Virus record (IMG/VR): IMGVR_UViG_3300010234_000020
Coordinates: 1-44,595 of that record
From: a virus
Taxonomy: Duplodnaviria > Caudoviricetes
Reading direction: 5' to 3' (one strand)
DNA length: 44,595 nt
Shown here in pieces: positions 40,463 to 44,595 of this stretch. The position numbers and the translations under genes are program-made. The notes beneath the pieces were generated by a model. It saw only the letters and a list, made by a program, of their open reading frames with translations, ran no database searches and had not been told where the DNA came from. How positions within the stretch are numbered: position 1 is the first letter of the stretch; the number at the start of each line of letters is the position of its first letter.

Positions 40463-41760
40463 CAGGTGTTCGCCCAGGTCTCGGTGCCGCCCGTTGCGGA
40501 CGGGAGCCACCGGCCGTAGACCCGCCACAGCCACTTCTGGATGATCGTCGCGTCGCTGGCGCTGTCGCCGATCGTGAAGGAGTCATCGAGCATGAACGGG
40601 GTGGCCCCGCCCACCACCACGTACATCGTCCCGTCGATGCGGGGGGGCTGCGTCAGAATGATGTCATCGACCACCGTGTACCCGGTGGGCGTCGTGTCGA
40701 GGGTCAGCGTCACCTTGGTGTCGTCACCGTCGAACGTCGCCAGGTACGCGTTCACGTCCAGCGGCACGCGGAGGATGTTCCACCCCGCCTGGGCCGACAG
40801 GGTGACGTTCACGGACGTCGATCCGATGGCCAGGACGAGACGCCCGGTGCCGGAGCCGACGGCCCGGTTGTACGCCACCTGGAGGTAGACGGGGCGCGTG
40901 GGGTCGATGCGCCCACGGAGGCGCTGGATGGACTGGCTGAAGACGACGGCGCCGGTGAGCTTCATGCCGTACGGGGTGGCCGGGTCGCGGCCGCCCTCCG
41001 TGCGGTAGAAGTTCGTGGCGTCGGCCTCCACGTTCGCGATCGTGTCCACGGTCCAGTTCGGGATCGAGGTCAGCGCGGTGGCATCGTTCGTGGTCGAGCG
41101 CCACGCATCCCAGGACGCGTTCTTGAGCATCGAGTTCCGTGCCGACACGGCCTGCACCCTGACGAGGATGCCGGACCCGGCGCGGTCGAGTTCGTCGTCC
41201 CCGAGGGGGGCGCCCCGCACCTCGAAGACCTCCTCGTGCCGCTGGCCGCCGCCCGTGGAGTTCTGGTCGCTGACGCACACGAACGACTTGCTCTCGGCGT
41301 GCGCCGCCTCGATGGGCTCGCCGTACTCGTCCACCGTGCAACGCTGGATGAGTCCGTCGCCGACGTTGCTACCACCGGCCGACGCGGTGGCGAAGGTGAA
41401 GTCCCGCGAGTTCACCGAGTCGGCGTTCGCGTCGAACACCTCGCGGATGCGGTCGAGGCGGTCCTCGATCGCGCCCTCCTCGATCCCCAGCACGTCGGCG
41501 TAGACGTGCCACAGGGGATCAAGCATGGGGCGTGCGGCGCCCGGCGACACGATGGCCGCCAGGCGCCGACGCTGCGTATCCACGGCCCCGAGTGCGGACG
41601 AGATCTCGGACGTCGCCCATGCGCCGACGGCCGAGTGTAGGGCCTCGGACTCGGCGATGAAGTTGGGCGACGTGCTCGCCCCGAAGTCCAGCGTGGCCTC
41701 GAGGATCTCGGTGGCCTGCAGGATCGCAGCGCGGATCTGTGCCTCGGACGGCAGGGCCAT
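40462..41760 (-). CDS. Unknown virion protein, 432 aa
   Basis: Long ORF in the structural operon; helical N-terminus, beta-rich C-terminus. Confidence 0.7.
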   Translation of the reverse strand: MALPSEAQIRAAILQATEILEATLDFGASTSPNFIAESEALHSAVGAWATSEISSALGAVDTQRRRLAAIVSPGAARPMLDPLWHVYADVLGIEEGAIEDRLDRIREVFDANADSVNSRDFTFATASAGGSNVGDGLIQRCTVDEYGEPIEAAHAESKSFVCVSDQNSTGGGQRHEEVFEVRGAPLGDDELDRAGSGILVRVQAVSARNSMLKNASWDAWRSTTNDATALTSIPNWTVDTIANVEADATNFYRTEGGRDPATPYGMKLTGAVVFSQSIQRLRGRIDPTRPVYLQVAYNRAVGSGTGRLVLAIGSTSVNVTLSAQAGWNILRVPLDVNAYLATFDGDDTKVTLTLDTTPTGYTVVDDIILTQPPRIDGTMYVVVGGATPFMLDDSFTIGDSASDATIIQKWLWRVYGRWLPSATGGTETWANT

Positions 41761-41782
41761 CGTTCGCTCCGGTGGTAGTGGT

Positions 41783-42355
41783 TCAGTCGGCGGCCGGAGC
41801 GGACGACGCGGACAGCGGCGTCGGCTTGCTCTGGCGACCGTTGAAGGCCATGTCTTCGGCCTTCACCATGTAGATGAATTCCGCCAGCGCCCGGTCGGTC
41901 TTGGACGGCGTGAACACCGGGCTGTCGGCGGTCACGATCTGGTGCCGCACCCGGTTATTGGACGCGGTCCCGACGGTGCGGACGACGCGGCGCGCGATCG
42001 ACTGAAGGCAGGCCTCGACCTGGCTCTCGGTCAGGTGCGCGATGGCGCCCGGCTCGACGTGACCTCCGAACGGCTGGCCGCGCTCATCGAATGAGGCGTT
42101 CCCGGTCCACCGGGGGAAGTCGATGCCCCCGCAGGTGACGTTGTGGTAGGAGCACTCGTGCGTGACCCCGATCCAGTACTTGCTCGTTACGCCGCGATGG
42201 CGCTCGGCCGGTGCGGTGACGTCGAGACGGAGCGACCCGTCGGCGCGGTTCTTGCCCCGGCTGGCCTGGATGTTGTGGGTCGGATCGACGCTCGGAGCCT
42301 TCTCCGGCGTCTGCTTGTCCGGCGCCGTCGTGGCGTTCTTCACGGAGTTCGGCAT
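41783..42355 (-). CDS. Hypothetical protein, 190 aa
   Basis: RBS GAGG; directly after the capsid gene. Confidence 0.7.
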   Translation of the reverse strand: MPNSVKNATTAPDKQTPEKAPSVDPTHNIQASRGKNRADGSLRLDVTAPAERHRGVTSKYWIGVTHECSYHNVTCGGIDFPRWTGNASFDERGQPFGGHVEPGAIAHLTESQVEACLQSIARRVVRTVGTASNNRVRHQIVTADSPVFTPSKTDRALAEFIYMVKAEDMAFNGRQSKPTPLSASSAPAAD

Positions 42356-42428
42356 GGTGCCTCGTGTGTTCAGGGGGTGTATGCGGTGGGGGACCGGTCA
42401 CGACGACCGGCCCCCCGGGGTGGCGTGA

Positions 42429-43418
42429 CTACGCCGCGTTGACCTTGCACGTGGCGAACGGCACGTTCAGACCGACGCCGAGGCGCTGGATGAACTGCAC
42501 GTATTCCTCGCCGGTCGTGCGCGACCAGTCCGAGTTCTCCTCGGTGGCGAACGCCTCGCGGATCGGCTCGCGCTCCTGCAGGAACACGGCCTTCACGGGC
42601 GCGTCCTTGCGGAACACCCACCAGTCGTTCGTGGTGAACCGGCTCGAGAACCGGAACGTCACCTGGACGCCCGAGACCATCACGGCGTTGCTGACGGCCG
42701 CGCCGGTCGAGGACTCGACCGAGTGGATCAGCGGACCCTGGAAGGCCTCGGTGAACGCCTTGGCCAGCGTCACGGGGGCGTAGATGATGTACGCCTCGTT
42801 TGCGACGTCCGGCTCGAAGTACGGCTGGCCCTTGGAGTTCAGGAACAGGGCGATACGGGTGATCGCCGAGTAGAAGTCCGTGAGGATGGCCGACGCGGTG
42901 ACGCCGGTCGCCGAGACGATGTTGCCGCCCGACACGCCGAAGCGGTCCGCGCTGGCGCCGTCCGTGGCCGAGTACAGGCCCGCCCCGTCGGGGCAGGTCG
43001 GGATGGCCGGGAGGAGGGACGCGCTGCCCTCGAGGATCTCGGCCAGGAAGCGCGACGGCAGCGAGAGGAAGTTCGTGGCGAGCGTGCGGGCCTCACCGGC
43101 GAGATCGCCGACCAGGTTGTCCGAACGATCGTCGCGCTGCCACTTGATGCGCTTCGCGTACCTGAAGTTGGTGACGGAGAACTGGATCGAGTCCGTCCCC
43201 TCCTCGGGGATCGGGTCGCCCAGGGGCCACAGCTCCGGGTACGGCATGGTCTTGCGGAGACCGTAGATCTCCGTTCGCTTGTCGGACGTCACCCCGAGGA
43301 GCATCACGTCGCCGAGGTTCTGGAGCACGCCGTCGAAGTCGGTGTGGTACGTGTTCCAGAAGTCGGAACGGATGCCTGCCACGAGGGTCTCGCCCGTGCG
43401 GATGATGGGTCCGGCCAT
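42429..43418 (-). CDS. Major capsid protein, Mu gpT-like
   Basis: TSDKRTEIYG..MP..W.G, FSVTNFRYAKRIKWQRDDRSDN, CPDGAGLYSATD, WWVFRKDAPVKAVFLQERE; AAGGAG RBS. Confidence 0.88.
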   Translation of the reverse strand: MAGPIIRTGETLVAGIRSDFWNTYHTDFDGVLQNLGDVMLLGVTSDKRTEIYGLRKTMPYPELWPLGDPIPEEGTDSIQFSVTNFRYAKRIKWQRDDRSDNLVGDLAGEARTLATNFLSLPSRFLAEILEGSASLLPAIPTCPDGAGLYSATDGASADRFGVSGGNIVSATGVTASAILTDFYSAITRIALFLNSKGQPYFEPDVANEAYIIYAPVTLAKAFTEAFQGPLIHSVESSTGAAVSNAVMVSGVQVTFRFSSRFTTNDWWVFRKDAPVKAVFLQEREPIREAFATEENSDWSRTTGEEYVQFIQRLGVGLNVPFATCKVNAA

Positions 43419-43498
43419 CGTTCACGTGCTCCTTGTCAGCGGTCCGGTAGGTACCCCCGGGCAACGCTGCCCGGGGGCGTCAGGGATCAGGTGGTGGT

Positions 43499-43951
43499 CT
43501 ACGAGCCGATGAGCCCGAGGACGTTGTTCATGAGGACGTTGGCGGTCCCCGTCGAGCGCCGGTCGTCGGCGATGATGTAGCCGACCTGGTGCGACGCAGC
43601 GGTCTTCGTGATCGAGTACGTCCCGTCGTCGTTCGCGTAGACGGGGAGTCCGTAGTCGGTCGCGTCGTTCGCGATGGCGCCCACGGTGAGGCCACGGACG
43701 ACGAAGCCGCCGGGGCAGATGCGGGCCATGTTGCGGATGCCCGAGGCGTTGCCGGTCACGGCGTCGCCGAAGTGCCAGCCGACGAGGCGGTCCGTGTCGG
43801 TGCCGTCGTACGGCTTGATCTCGCCCGCCGTCGTGTCGTGCGAGCAGAGCGCCCCGTTGTAGATGACGGCCGCGCTCAGGACGACCATCGCCTTCGTGCC
43901 GAGGCCGGATACGTCCTGGGTGACCCAGTCGGTGTTGGCGGTGAGTGCCAT
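43499..43951 (-). CDS. Head decoration/cement protein
   Basis: MALTAN..VIYNGAL..DYGLPVYANDDGT..VGYI pattern between protease and capsid. Confidence 0.75.
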   Translation of the reverse strand: MALTANTDWVTQDVSGLGTKAMVVLSAAVIYNGALCSHDTTAGEIKPYDGTDTDRLVGWHFGDAVTGNASGIRNMARICPGGFVVRGLTVGAIANDATDYGLPVYANDDGTYSITKTAASHQVGYIIADDRRSTGTANVLMNNVLGLIGS

Positions 43952-43992
43952 GTGTCAGATCTCCGTGTCGTGGTTGGTTGTGGCGCGCGCCC

Positions 43993-44540
43993 CTACGCGG
44001 GGCAGTCGGTCTTGAGGAAGTCCGCCAGGGTCGAGGTCATGCGGAACCCCGACTGCTTGAGGGCGTCGAACTTGGCGGCCGACCGGCGAGCGGCCGAGAT
44101 GGCCTCCGGTCCCTTGTCCGCGTACGCGGCGACCTCGGGCGGATCACCGGCGCCGTGCGCCGATGCGGACTCGAGCGTCGGGGGCGGGTCGCGCGGGTAC
44201 TCCGCCTTGAACGACTCGACCACGGCCTCCAGGGCCTCGTCGCTGATCGCGGCGAAGCGCCGAATGGCGTCCTTCGTCTTCGGCCCGATGTTCCAGTCCC
44301 GCAGGCCCTCGACCGCCGCCTGGTAGCGGGCCTCGGTCGCATCGGACGCGAGGCGCGCGGCCTCACGCTCCTCGAGGGCGAGGAGACGGCCCTGGGCGCG
44401 GAACTGGTCCGGCGTCCGGGGGGACTCGTCGCCGTCGGGCGTCTTCGACACCTCGGCGCCGGTCACCGGCTTGTCGGGGCTGATTTCCGGGGCCTTCGGC
44501 GGGGGGACGTCGGCCGAGAAGCGGTCCTTCTCGTCGTCGT
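43993..44540 (-). CDS. Prohead protease/scaffold, C-terminal scaffold part (continuation of 859..1)
   Basis: In frame with 859..1 across the junction; acidic linker then a helical region. Confidence 0.8.
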
Positions 44541-44595
44541 CGTCCTCGTCGTCGTCCTCGTCGTCCCCGAACTTCTCGGCGTCGTCGTCGTCGTC
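44541..44595. repeat. Terminal direct repeat, right copy
   Basis: Identical to 1-55. Confidence 0.95.

Overview
The window looks like a complete, circularly permuted genome of a tailed dsDNA phage. GC is about 70% by eye. Bases 1-55 repeat exactly at 44541-44595, giving a 44,540 bp circle, and one gene (the prohead protease/scaffold) reads in frame across the junction. The head module is Mu-like: TerS, TerL, DUF935 portal, MuF, Mu-I-type protease/scaffold, cement, gpT-like capsid, gp36, gpG/S and gp37-like. I found no transposase, integrase, DNA polymerase, tail sheath or recognisable peptidoglycan hydrolase. The tail module has a tube, a very short tape-measure candidate, hub-like proteins and three fibre/spike-like proteins. 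Replication and recombination genes are a CHC2-TOPRIM-DUF3987-HTH fusion, RecT, YqaJ, RusA and DUF932. Four things stand out. (1) A translationally coupled pair of an atypical amino-methyltransferase (TCPPY) and a fold-type II PLP enzyme, a candidate new two-step DNA hypermodification system. (2) About a dozen early genes each carry a conserved promoter-hairpin-RBS cassette whose hairpin keeps a GATGGG-like loop on covarying stems. (3) The lysis-position module has a lipoprotein trypsin-like protease and a holin-like/lipoprotein fusion instead of an endolysin. (4) A putative internal-head polyprotein carries duplicated FDESK..GEF-Gly modules. All product calls come from motif recognition by eye; no database search was run.
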